A stretch of 32,000 nucleotides of DNA from Aquifex aeolicus VF5 (GTDB lineage: Bacteria > Aquificota > Aquificia > Aquificales > Aquificaceae), in assembly GCF_000008625.1 (NCBI RefSeq), contig NC_000918.1, forward strand, positions 750,001 through 782,000, given 5' to 3'. Position 1 is the first letter of the stretch. Each line of letters starts with the position of its first letter. A program made the translations under genes and the position numbers. The notes under the pieces are model-generated. The model saw only the letters and a list, made by a program, of their open reading frames with translations. It was not told the origin of the DNA and searched no databases. Of the stretch, positions 1-13,597 are shown piece after piece.

Positions 1-5044
<5,044 letters not shown>

Positions 5045-5046
5045 CC

Positions 5047-6059
5047 TTAAAGCTCTTCAAAGGATTCAGCTATATTTCTGAGCTGGTGCATCGTTGCCCT
5101 TTTTACCAATTTCTTTGCCTGAGTTTCGGGTTCCTTTTCAAGGAGTTCTAAAATCTTTAGTAAAACTTGCGTGTTGTAGGATCTTATGCGTGACCAGACG
5201 TTTATTGCATCCTTTCTTCCTAGGTGTTTCTCCCAGAGTTCCCTAAAGCTCCAGAACGGGCGTCTAGGCATGTTTATAGAACCAACCCACAGGTGGGAAA
5301 TTATTACCTTGTTGCCTCTTACTTTATACTCGGGAATTCTTATCCAGTTTTGATTGCTCTTTACCTTTGCCAGTTGCCTACCCACTACAAGTTGTGTTCC
5401 ATCTGGGAGGTTCATCTGAAGCGCTACCGAGTAGGCAAAGGGGTGGGAAGGAAGGAAGAAATAGGTGTTTAAGAAGGAAAATTCATCTCCTAAGTTGTAA
5501 ATTGCAAAGACTTCTCACCTTTCGTCGGGTTTTGCCCTCACTACTATTGCATCTTCTCGGACATCGTAAGGAACTCCCTTTTTAACGTCGTGGTTGATGA
5601 AATCTATAAACGGCATAAAAACAGCCTTTCCCTTAAAGTTTATAGTTCTTGCCTGAAGGAACATGCGTTTTATATCTTTCCTTTCTTTTTTCCCGAAAAA
5701 GTTTTGTAAAAGTCCGGTTCCGGACAGAATTCTCTTTAACTCCTCTGAAAAGGAGTTAAACTCTTCAACTAATTCCGCCAAGTACCTTATTCTTTTTTCC
5801 GAGAAAATGTAATCCAGATACTCGTTTATTGCCTGTTTTAAATCTTCGTACTTTAGTTCCTCTACCCTGTGGTGTTCGTTCTCAATAACTAAGTTTTCAA
5901 CGTACTGAAGTACGGGAAAGGGGACTTCTATGTAGGCTTCCTTTGCATGTCAAGGGCGTAAGCTCCAACAAACCCGTTTTCGTCTTCTATAAAGGTTATA
6001 TTTTCAAACTTCGCTCCGTACTCCTGCGCTATTTGCATCCACTTTTCTACGTTAAACAT
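5047..6059 (-). pseudogene. SET-domain (Rubisco-LSMT-like) protein methyltransferase gene with one frameshift and one in-frame TGA, or sequencing errors
   Basis: Minus strand from ATG at 6059 reads MFNVEKWMQIAQEYGAKFENITFIEDENGFVGAYALDM, then shifts frame at about 5946-5948 to AKEAYIEVPFPVLQYVENLVIENEHHRVEEL...MPFIDFINHDVKKGVPYDVREDAIVVRAKPDER, TGA at 5517-5515, then in the same frame EVFAIYNLGDEFSFLNTYFFLPSHPFAYSVALQMNLPDG...NIAESFEEL. Order of motifs (GAYAL..., INH, EVFAIYNLG) fits SET proteins of the LSMT type. Confidence 0.72.
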
Positions 6060-7469
6060 TTATCTCTCCCTAATTATTTTTAACCTGTTTAGATTAAAGG
6101 CTTTTCTTCCTTTAAAGAGTTTTTCCGCTGTTTTGTTGATATCCTCTTCCTTAACCTCCCTTGCCTTTACAATATTTGTCCCCAGTTTTATAAATTCTTC
6201 CCGTGACTTTAGGAACTTTACGGCTTCTTCTTTCGCCTTTGTTTTTCCTTTTTCTGAGGCAAACCAGAGGAGAATAACCTCTAAAGTGTTTAAGTGTACC
6301 GCCGGACCCTTCGTAGCGTTTGATACTAAGTATGTATCTTCCAGATTTTCAAAAGATACTTTAAGTATTTCGTCGTTCGGAGGAGTTAGTTCAAAACTTT
6401 CGGGAAGTTCGTCTTTTGCGTCTTCTAAAAGATCATCGTTCACGCAGAGTATAAACTCTCCTGTGGAAAGAACCCTGTAAAAGGCTTTCCAGGCAGTTTT
6501 TTTGCTTTTCTCATACAGAGGGTGCTCCGAGAGTCTTCTCGGTTCTTCCGAGTTTACAAAGAAAAAGTCGTATACGGGCTCGCTTAAAGAAAGTTTGTGA
6601 CCTCCCGGAAGTAAAACTTCCCGCCTTAAGTTCTTTGGAGATTGTCTGGGGATTAGGAAAAATTTGTCCGCTACGCTTTCTATAGCCTTTTCCTGATCTA
6701 CTTCCGGGAATTTTGCGTATATATCCCTTCTTTGTTTTGTGTCCAGGACAAAGTCAATTACCGCCTCTTTGCAGAGGTTGTTCTTCCCGCACCTTGCGAG
6801 CGTGGCGAGGTGAGAGGGAAAGAGAACTATTTCGGGGTCGTTCATTTCAAGGTTTGCCCTTCCTGCAAAGGAGAGCATACAATCTTTCAGGAGCTCGTGA
6901 ACCTCGTCGTGGGAGAAAATTCTGTAATTCTCGTTCGTTATTTCTCTCTTTACAAAATCATCGTTAAACCTCCTTGCCTTTTCAAGGAAGTAGAGCCTCG
7001 TTTCGTTGTTCCTCGCCCAAAAGTAGGAAGGTCTTGAGAGTATAACTTCAAGGTCAGTTTTCACCTGCTCACTCTCTACCTTCTTTAAAAAGAGTCTTAT
7101 GAACCTTATGAACTCCTCCTTCGGTGTGCTTCCAGGTTTTGAGTCGTATTCAATAAAAAGAACCCCTTTCTCCTTCAGGCTATTTCTTATAGAATTAGAG
7201 AGGCCCTTCCTTTCTTCTTCAAAGGCGTGGGAAAAGGGGATTTCTGAAATGATGAAGTCAAAAGTCTCCTCCGTTTCTTTCTGCGGTTTTAGGAGTTTTA
7301 CCTCCGCATTTAGAAAGAGTTTCTCCAGTACGTAGAAGTTCAGACTTTTCTTTTCGTTAAAGAAGGCCACCCTGAAATTTTGGTTTAAGTCGGGAGGAAC
7401 TATCCCTGCGTTTACGAGGACGCAGGAAAACCCCGGAAGGCTCAAGTAAGGCTTTACCTGTGTAAACAT
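6060..7469 (-). CDS. Methyltransferase-like protein with a methyltransferase-regulatory (MethyTransf_Reg-like) domain
   Basis: FDFIISEIPFSHAFEEERKGLSNSIRNSLKEKGVLFIEYDSKPG resembles the post-motif region of class I methyltransferases; SHLATLARCGKNNLCKEAVIDFVLDTKQRRDIYAK resembles the regulatory domain. N-terminal SAM motif I is degenerate. Confidence 0.6.
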   Translation of the reverse strand: MFTQVKPYLSLPGFSCVLVNAGIVPPDLNQNFRVAFFNEKKSLNFYVLEKLFLNAEVKLLKPQKETEETFDFIISEIPFSHAFEEERKGLSNSIRNSLKEKGVLFIEYDSKPGSTPKEEFIRFIRLFLKKVESEQVKTDLEVILSRPSYFWARNNETRLYFLEKARRFNDDFVKREITNENYRIFSHDEVHELLKDCMLSFAGRANLEMNDPEIVLFPSHLATLARCGKNNLCKEAVIDFVLDTKQRRDIYAKFPEVDQEKAIESVADKFFLIPRQSPKNLRREVLLPGGHKLSLSEPVYDFFFVNSEEPRRLSEHPLYEKSKKTAWKAFYRVLSTGEFILCVNDDLLEDAKDELPESFELTPPNDEILKVSFENLEDTYLVSNATKGPAVHLNTLEVILLWFASEKGKTKAKEEAVKFLKSREEFIKLGTNIVKAREVKEEDINKTAEKLFKGRKAFNLNRLKIIRER

Positions 7470-7480
7470 AGAAAAAGATT

Positions 7481-9766
7481 TTAACCTACGGTATAGCCGA
7501 CCAGACCCTTAGGAATTACCTTGTCCTGATACTTTTCAATTTCGGGGTCCTCAAGCTTCTTAAATCCCTCCTGCAAGATTTCTATCACGGGCGTTAAATA
7601 CTTCTCATACCTCCTCCACTTTTCCACCGAGGAGCGGTAAATTCCCTTCCTTACCTGCTTTATGCTTGCGGTTTTTACGGGTCTCTTCGTCTTGTAGTAT
7701 TCAAGAACTCGGTCCTCCCAAGGGAGTTCGCAAAATTCTAAAAGCTCCCTTATTACCTCTTCGGGTTCTTCGGTGAGTCTCTGGTAATCAAGTTCGTAAA
7801 TCTGTCCGGGGAATAGTTTGTGCCAGTGTTCCATTATGGCCCTGTGGTCGTTGAGCATGTGTCCAATCCACCTAAGGTCAAAAGCAAAGCCCATAGTCCC
7901 GTGCTTTGCGGCGAAGTTCTGCTGGTAATTAGAAACTGCAACGTCAAGGTCGTTCCTCTTTAGGTGTATTACCTTAGCGTTGGGGAACATTAAAAGTATG
8001 AGTCCCACGTAGTCAAAGTTGTGGGGGAGCTTGTCCACTATGCGAGGGTGCTCGGAGTCAAGTTTTGCTACCCTGTCAAGGTAATACTGAGCGGCGGATT
8101 TCAGTAGCCTTTCGTCAAACTCCAGTATGGCTTCGGGCCACTCCTTGGGTTCTTTACCGACATACTGCAAAGCCTTAGGGATTAGGTTTACTATCTTTGG
8201 AACAAAGGGAAGCTCTCCCGCGGGGTAGACCATTGAGTGGCTTCCCAGAATTTGCTCGGTTAAAGTAGTTCCGGAGCGTGGCATTCCAAGAACGAATATG
8301 GGTCTCTTGGAGGGGTGTCCCCTTCCTTTCAGTCTTTCCACCACTTCAGGAGTGAATACCTCTATCGTCCTCTGTATCATGAACCTGTGCTCTCTCCAGT
8401 CGTAATTGATTTCCTCTTTGACGAGCTCGTTTGCCTTTATTAGAACTTCAAAAGCCTTGTCGTAATCTTTTCTCTTTTCCAAAACCTTGTGGAGAACAAA
8501 TCCGGCGCTCGCTCTCGTTTGCTTCGGAACAGCGGGGGAGTTCAGGAGGGTTTCAAGAACCTGAATTTGCTCATCTGTTGCCTTGTAGTCTTCCATTTCC
8601 ACCTGCTGGATAACAGCAGAGGGGTTTATAGCTACTATCTGAGACTGAATTTCCTTTGCCTCCTCAAGCTCGCCTATGGAAGTGAGAACGTGAACGAGTT
8701 CCTGAAGGACTCCCAGATGTGCGGGGAACCTCTCCTTTGCCTCCCTGAGGAGATCCGCAGCCTCAAGCCCTTTGTTTCTCTCCATTAAGATTTTAGATTT
8801 CAATATGTAGTATTCGGGATAATCTTCCTTGTTTTCTACCTTTTCAAGGTCCTTCTCCGCGGTGTCAAGAAAGCTTGCCTGAATTCTCAGTTCGTTTAAC
8901 CTAAAACGCATCTGCATTAAAAACTCATCTTTGTTAGGTGTTTTTTCCTCGTCAACCCAGGAGGTATCTTCAAGCCACTCCTTTAGCAAAGTGCCTGCCT
9001 GATAAGTTCTTCCCTCCTCCTTTAAAACTTCAATGAGTCCCAACTTTAGCCTCGGGTCGTGTGGGAACTTTTCCGCGCCCTCTTGGAATACCGCCCTTGC
9101 CTCCGCAAGCCTTCCCGCGGTGTAAAGGGTGTTTCCGAGCTTTATGTAAACCTCTTCATTCGGGTTTTTCTCAAGCTCCCTGTAGTACTCCTCAACCAGC
9201 TCGTCTATCCTGTTTAGAGAAAGGAGTATAAGCGTTTTTTTCTCCTCGGCTTCGCGAAAATCGGGCTTTAACCTCAGGGCTCTCTCAAAGAGGTCCAGAG
9301 CCTTCTCCAGTTCTCCCTTGTTTAGGTGCAAAACCCCCAAGTTGTATAGGATTTCCACCTTATTCGGGTTTAAGGAAAGTGCCCTCTCCCAGTAGTGCTG
9401 AGCTTCCTCAAGCTTTCCCTGAGAGTAGTAAAGAGCCCCGAGCCTCGCGTAAAGCGCGTCGTCAACGTCCGAAAACTTCAAAGCTTTTTTTAAAACTCTT
9501 TCTGCGTCTTCTACCCTTCCGAGGAAAAAGTAAAGAAGTCCGAGGTCCGACAAACCTTGGGCGGAGTTCAAAGAGTTTTCACTCACTTGGGAGAGGAGTT
9601 CCTCTGCTTTCTGAGGCTCTCCCGAAAGGAAGTGGTAAATACCGAGGAGGATTTTCCCCTCTTCAGAAGACAAAAGGGTTTGGTAGTTTTCCTTACAGAG
9701 GTTTGAAAAGTCATGCGTGTTTCTGGACTTGAAGAGTTTTCTCAGACGGGAAATTAAAGAACTCAT
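7481..9766 (-). CDS. TPR-repeat protein with C-terminal PAPS-dependent sulfotransferase domain
   Basis: Repeated TPR units (e.g. VEILYNLGVLHLNKGELEKALDLFERALRLKPDFREA); 5'-PSB loop RPIFVLGMPRSGTTLTEQILGSH and 3'-PB-like HLKRNDLDVAVSNY. Confidence 0.92.
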   Translation of the reverse strand: MSSLISRLRKLFKSRNTHDFSNLCKENYQTLLSSEEGKILLGIYHFLSGEPQKAEELLSQVSENSLNSAQGLSDLGLLYFFLGRVEDAERVLKKALKFSDVDDALYARLGALYYSQGKLEEAQHYWERALSLNPNKVEILYNLGVLHLNKGELEKALDLFERALRLKPDFREAEEKKTLILLSLNRIDELVEEYYRELEKNPNEEVYIKLGNTLYTAGRLAEARAVFQEGAEKFPHDPRLKLGLIEVLKEEGRTYQAGTLLKEWLEDTSWVDEEKTPNKDEFLMQMRFRLNELRIQASFLDTAEKDLEKVENKEDYPEYYILKSKILMERNKGLEAADLLREAKERFPAHLGVLQELVHVLTSIGELEEAKEIQSQIVAINPSAVIQQVEMEDYKATDEQIQVLETLLNSPAVPKQTRASAGFVLHKVLEKRKDYDKAFEVLIKANELVKEEINYDWREHRFMIQRTIEVFTPEVVERLKGRGHPSKRPIFVLGMPRSGTTLTEQILGSHSMVYPAGELPFVPKIVNLIPKALQYVGKEPKEWPEAILEFDERLLKSAAQYYLDRVAKLDSEHPRIVDKLPHNFDYVGLILLMFPNAKVIHLKRNDLDVAVSNYQQNFAAKHGTMGFAFDLRWIGHMLNDHRAIMEHWHKLFPGQIYELDYQRLTEEPEEVIRELLEFCELPWEDRVLEYYKTKRPVKTASIKQVRKGIYRSSVEKWRRYEKYLTPVIEILQEGFKKLEDPEIEKYQDKVIPKGLVGYTVG

Positions 9767-9810
9767 AATAAAAGAAATTTTATAAAGGAAGGGGAAAAAG
9801 GGGAAGGGAG

Positions 9811-10905
9811 TTAGTAAACGAAGATATCTCCGTCATTAAGGCCGTTAGGAGCGGTTATGGTTGCTATCACCTTGGATGCTGAAAGTTTAACTGTGTCAAG
9901 AATAGTATCCCCATCTGCACCATCAGCAACTTTCACACCAAACAGCTTTAATTGTTTATCATCTGTGTCGTAGAAGAAGATTACACCCGTTTTTGCAGCG
10001 TTATTTAGCCCTTTCTTTATAGTAATTGTTCCCCCTTTCGTATATATTTTAATTTGAGCATTAGCAGTATCTATTTCTATATTCTTACCAGTAAGGATTA
10101 AATCTTTACCTCCACTCGTTACTTTCACAGCGGTACCTATAGCTTTATTAATAGAAAAGGATGCAGCAGTCACTTTAGAATTAGAGGCGGTTTTATATCC
10201 TATAACTTTAATTTTTCCTGCACTTATATAACCCGACCCTAAAGAATTTACGTTTCCAAATGCACCTTTAGTAAGGTTTGCTCCTGCTTTGAAATCTATT
10301 GCTATCTTTTCGTCTGTAGTATTGGTATCAAAGTCCGTAATTTTATCTATCGCTGCGAATGGAGCATCTAAACCAAACACATCTGCACCGTTTCCGCCGG
10401 TAAGTGTATCCTGTCCTTTACCACCCGTTATTATATCGTTACCTGCACCACCTGTTAATGTGTCGTTACCTGCACCACCTGCTATTGTATCGTTACCTGC
10501 ACCACCTGCTATTGTGTTGTTACCTGCACCACCCGTTATTGTATCGTTACCTGCACTACCTACTATTTCAAATCCTTCTGTTTGGTTAGAAAGATTTATG
10601 GTTGCCCCATTAGATCCTGTTGCAACAATCTTTTCCACATTCTTTAGATTATTGTCTGATGCAGGAGCATAAGTTACCGCTCCTCCTGTCGTATCTACCT
10701 TAATGGTATCCGTTCCGTCACCGCCGTCTATAATATCGTTATTCGCTTCAATGTTAGTATCAACTATAACGGTATCGTCACCGCTTCCGAGTTTATAGGT
10801 TACATTTGCACCACCACCAACATCATCATCTCCAACAGTTACACTTCCATTAAGCCCTGTAGCATCAAAAGTAAAACCTGCATCTTTAACATCAACCAAA
10901 TAGAG
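9811..10905 (-). CDS. RTX/hemolysin-type Ca2+-binding repeat protein, probable type I secretion substrate; true 5' part appears missing
   Basis: Nonapeptide repeats NTIAGGAGNDTIAGGAGNDTLTGGAGNDIITGGKGQDTLTGGNG, ITDFDTNTTDEK, C-terminus ...NDGDIFVY typical of type I signals. The ORF is called to 11007, but its first ~35 codons are antisense to an HlyD-like coding sequence, so the end given here is approximate. Confidence 0.85.
   Translation of the reverse strand, partial: LYLVDVKDAGFTFDATGLNGSVTVGDDDVGGGANVTYKLGSGDDTVIVDTNIEANNDIIDGGDGTDTIKVDTTGGAVTYAPASDNNLKNVEKIVATGSNGATINLSNQTEGFEIVGSAGNDTITGGAGNNTIAGGAGNDTIAGGAGNDTLTGGAGNDIITGGKGQDTLTGGNGADVFGLDAPFAAIDKITDFDTNTTDEKIAIDFKAGANLTKGAFGNVNSLGSGYISAGKIKVIGYKTASNSKVTAASFSINKAIGTAVKVTSGGKDLILTGKNIEIDTANAQIKIYTKGGTITIKKGLNNAAKTGVIFFYDTDDKQLKLFGVKVADGADGDTILDTVKLSASKVIATITAPNGLNDGDIFVY
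10438..10569 (-). repeat. Tandem 27-bp repeats encoding GAGND-type nonapeptides
   Basis: On the + strand, units of the form gttacctgcaccacctgctattgtatc start at 10438, 10465, 10492, 10519 and 10546 (last partial/diverged). Confidence 0.93.
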
Positions 10906-11142
10906 GGAAAGGTAACTTACGTTTCCTCGGACACTCTGAAGGACGAAAGAAGAGGTTACGAGTACTACGAAGGGCACGTTGTTCTCACGGAAAGGGGAAA
11001 GAAACAATTGAGGGAGTACGGTTTTGAGCTGGTTTCGGGTATGCCGGCGGTTGCCTTCATAAAAGTTGAAAAAGTCTCACCCCTTGAGTACGTCCTACAG
11101 CCGGTGATATTGATTATGAAGTCTGCCTTCAAATCAAACTGA
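10897..11142 (+). pseudogene. C-terminal fragment of an HlyD/PrtE-type type I secretion membrane fusion protein
   Basis: Plus-strand frame, not in the ORF track: QIEGKVTYVSSDTLKDERRGYEYYEGHVVLTERGKKQLREYGFELVSGMPAVAFIKVEKVSPLEYVLQPVILIMKSAFKSN*. It follows the HlyD C-terminal pattern (GxVxxISxDxxxDERxGxxYYxxxV ... LxxGMPAxVFIxxxxxSxLxYLLxPxxxxxxxAF) and ends 9 nt before the TolC-like gene. Confidence 0.82.
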
Positions 11143-11151
11143 GGTTGAAAA

Positions 11152-12429
11152 ATGAAAAAGCTTATCTTCGGAGTACTCCTGTTTTCTTTTTCCTTTTCAT
11201 TTGACCTGGAAAAGATTGTAAAGGAAGCGGAAAGGAATAATCCGAGACTGAACTACTACTTCCACAGGATAAAGTCAAAGGACTTTTACCTTGAACAAAT
11301 TCTCTCAAAGTACAAGCCCAGGCTTTCCGCTAGTGTTTACTACGGTTATCAGGAGTTTAAGCCGTACCTCGGAGAAAAGAAAAAGGCTACACTCAAGTAC
11401 TTTTACACCGCCCTTGAACAACCAATCTTTTACCCGGAAGTGTTGCAGGAGTACAGACAGGGAAAAATTGAGAAGGAAGTAGAGAGACTCTACCTTGAAA
11501 AGTACCTTCAGGACTTCAGGTATGAACTCCTCAGGCAGTTATTAACTTATTCATACCTCAAAACTAAAGAAAGATTATACAAAAAAGTCATAAAGGACAG
11601 AAAGAAGATTATAAAAATCCTTGAAAAACTCCTGAAAAAGCGAATATCCACTGAGGTGGAGCTACTGGTTGAGAAAAAGAAGTTAGAAATGGATGTGTCT
11701 GAGTACGAAAAATCAAAAGAGGAAAAGAAAAGGGTGGGGAAAGTTTTAAGGTTTTATCTCCCTGAGGAAGAAATGGAAAAAATCCCTTCGCTTAACTTTC
11801 CTTTAGAATACTCGGTCTATGCGAATTTACTTAAGGAACTGAGCAAAAAAAGTGTTGAGAACGTTGATATTAAGATCGCCCAGAAGCAGTACGAGAATGC
11901 AAGGTACGAAGTGAAAAAGAGGAAGTTTGAAAGGTGGCCAAAACTTTCGCTTCAGCTCAGCTACCTGTACTCTTCAACTACCGCAGTAGCTACGGTATCG
12001 AGGGACAAGAGGGCGGCACTTATCTTAAACGTTCCCATTTACAGTGGAGGATATTACAAGGCACGTGTAGCGGAAGCCCTTGAACTGGAGAAGGCTTCCC
12101 TTTACTTCCTAAAGTCCGTTGAGAAGGAGGTAAAGGTAAGCTACGAGGAAGGTTTGAAGAATCTGGAAAAATCTTCTGAGGATATCAAAAGTTATTTAAA
12201 GTTACTCAGAGCGGAAAGGGAGTTACTGGAAATGTACAGGGTTCTTTTCGAGAAGAGGGTAAAGAGTGAACGGGACGTTCTAAATCAGGAAATCTCATTC
12301 CTATACAGAGAGGTTGAGTATTTAGAAAAGGTGTACGAGTTCTTGATCTACTACCTAGATACGCTCCACACCTTATCTCAAATAAAACCCGAGGAGATAA
12401 AAACCCTTAAGGAATTTTTCGGTAATTGA
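11152..12429 (+). CDS. TolC-like outer membrane factor
   Basis: Signal peptide MKKLIFGVLLFSFSFSF, long coiled-coil composition, WPKLSLQLSYLYSS and LNVPIYSGGYYKARVAEA motifs; positioned directly after the HlyD fragment. Confidence 0.87.
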   Translation: MKKLIFGVLLFSFSFSFDLEKIVKEAERNNPRLNYYFHRIKSKDFYLEQILSKYKPRLSASVYYGYQEFKPYLGEKKKATLKYFYTALEQPIFYPEVLQEYRQGKIEKEVERLYLEKYLQDFRYELLRQLLTYSYLKTKERLYKKVIKDRKKIIKILEKLLKKRISTEVELLVEKKKLEMDVSEYEKSKEEKKRVGKVLRFYLPEEEMEKIPSLNFPLEYSVYANLLKELSKKSVENVDIKIAQKQYENARYEVKKRKFERWPKLSLQLSYLYSSTTAVATVSRDKRAALILNVPIYSGGYYKARVAEALELEKASLYFLKSVEKEVKVSYEEGLKNLEKSSEDIKSYLKLLRAERELLEMYRVLFEKRVKSERDVLNQEISFLYREVEYLEKVYEFLIYYLDTLHTLSQIKPEEIKTLKEFFGN

Positions 12430-13597
12430 ACTCAGTAGGGAGGTAGCACACTCCCACGAACTGTTCCTTTTTAAAGCCGTTTACTTCAAAGTTGCATACG
12501 TTGTCAATCCAGTGGTAACACTCCTGGGCATGATCCATGCCTTTGTGGAGTGCCACGGTCAGGGTATACTTTCCTGGAGCAAGGTTCAAGGGCATTTTAA
12601 AGGTAAAAAGGTATTTGCCCTTTTTTAACTCAACTTTCTTTTCCATTAAGTAGGTGTTGATACCGAATATGTCTTGTCCGAAGCGATCCCTTATGAGTAT
12701 GCCTGCCACAACGTCCTGTAAATCTTCTTTTGCCTCCACATCCAGTTCAATAAAAAGCGTATCTCCGCTTGGGAAGTTGTTCGTGTATCCGTGTTCGCTT
12801 TTTAGCCTCACTTCTTTTATGACAGCTTTGAAGTTTCCGTAACCGTTTTGTAAAAAAGTTATACCTTCTTTGTTTTCAAGTGAAGCCATAAGTTTATAAT
12901 AGGCTTGCGTTACCGTTTCAGGGCTCCCCTCCTCAATTATTTCGCCTTTATGAAGCAAAATAGCCCTGTCGCATAGAATTTTTACAGCATTCATGTCGTG
13001 GGAAACGAAGATTATGGATCCTCCCTTTTGTTTGTGTTCTTTTAGTTTTCTGAAACACTTCTGTTGAAAGTGAGCATCGCCAACCGCAAGGGCTTCGTCT
13101 ATTATGAAGCATTCGGGTTCTGTATGAATAGCAATTGAAAAAGCGAGCCTCATTATCATTCCCGAAGAGTACGTTTTAAGTGGCTTGTTAATGAAGTCAT
13201 CAAGTTCGGAAAATTCTATTATACTCTCCAGTTTCTCGTCTATTTCTCTTCTGGAAAGACCAAGAAGGCTTGCGTTTACGTATATATTTTCCAGTCCTGA
13301 GAGTTCGTAATTAAAGCCAGTTCCTAGTTCGAGAAGCCCTACTACCTTTCCGGATCTTTCTACGAAACCCTTATCTGGTTCCGTTACTCCAGTTATTACT
13401 TTAAGTAGTGTTGATTTTCCTGCACCGTTTGGACCTACTATTCCGAGAACCTCTCCCTTTTCAATCTCAAGGTTAATCCCCTTAAGAACCCATAACTCTT
13501 CGTGAAAGGGTTTCCTGAAGATAATTTCCTTTAACCTGTCCTGAGGCTTTTTGTAGTACTTGTACTTCTTCCATACATCAAATACCCTTATCATCAC
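12407..13597 (-). CDS. wzt: O-antigen/polysaccharide ABC transporter ATPase with C-terminal carbohydrate-binding domain
   Basis: Walker A VGPNGAGKSTLLKVI, signature YSSGMIMRLAFSIA, extended C-terminal beta-rich domain after KLMASLENK. Confidence 0.95.
   Translation of the reverse strand: MMIRVFDVWKKYKYYKKPQDRLKEIIFRKPFHEELWVLKGINLEIEKGEVLGIVGPNGAGKSTLLKVITGVTEPDKGFVERSGKVVGLLELGTGFNYELSGLENIYVNASLLGLSRREIDEKLESIIEFSELDDFINKPLKTYSSGMIMRLAFSIAIHTEPECFIIDEALAVGDAHFQQKCFRKLKEHKQKGGSIIFVSHDMNAVKILCDRAILLHKGEIIEEGSPETVTQAYYKLMASLENKEGITFLQNGYGNFKAVIKEVRLKSEHGYTNNFPSGDTLFIELDVEAKEDLQDVVAGILIRDRFGQDIFGINTYLMEKKVELKKGKYLFTFKMPLNLAPGKYTLTVALHKGMDHAQECYHWIDNVCNFEVNGFKKEQFVGVCYLPTEFNYRKIP

Noticed and set aside
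5946-5948. Programmed -1 frameshift in the SET gene
   Set aside because: No slippery heptamer at GACATGCAAAG and no obvious downstream stimulatory structure; together with the TGA it fits decay or sequencing error better.
6133-9732. Plus-strand ORFs antisense to the methyltransferase-like and TPR-sulfotransferase genes
   Set aside because: Ser/Phe/Leu-rich shadow translations of real minus-strand genes; no plausible domain.
10438-10569. Possible CRISPR array (27-bp repeats)
   Set aside because: Units are directly tandem with no unique spacers and encode Gly-rich nonapeptides in frame; no cas genes.
10289-10672. Plus-strand 127-aa ORF with PAPP/LPAP repeats and the nested 10404..10589 ORF (YLHHLLLCRYLHH repeats)
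   Set aside because: Antisense of the RTX repeats; the repetitive peptides only reflect the 27-bp DNA repeat.
10906-11007. N-terminal ~35 aa of the 398-aa minus-strand ORF (MFLSPFRENNVPFVVLVTSSFVLQ...)
   Set aside because: Looks superficially like a signal sequence, but it is the antisense of a well-conserved HlyD C-terminal coding frame on the + strand.
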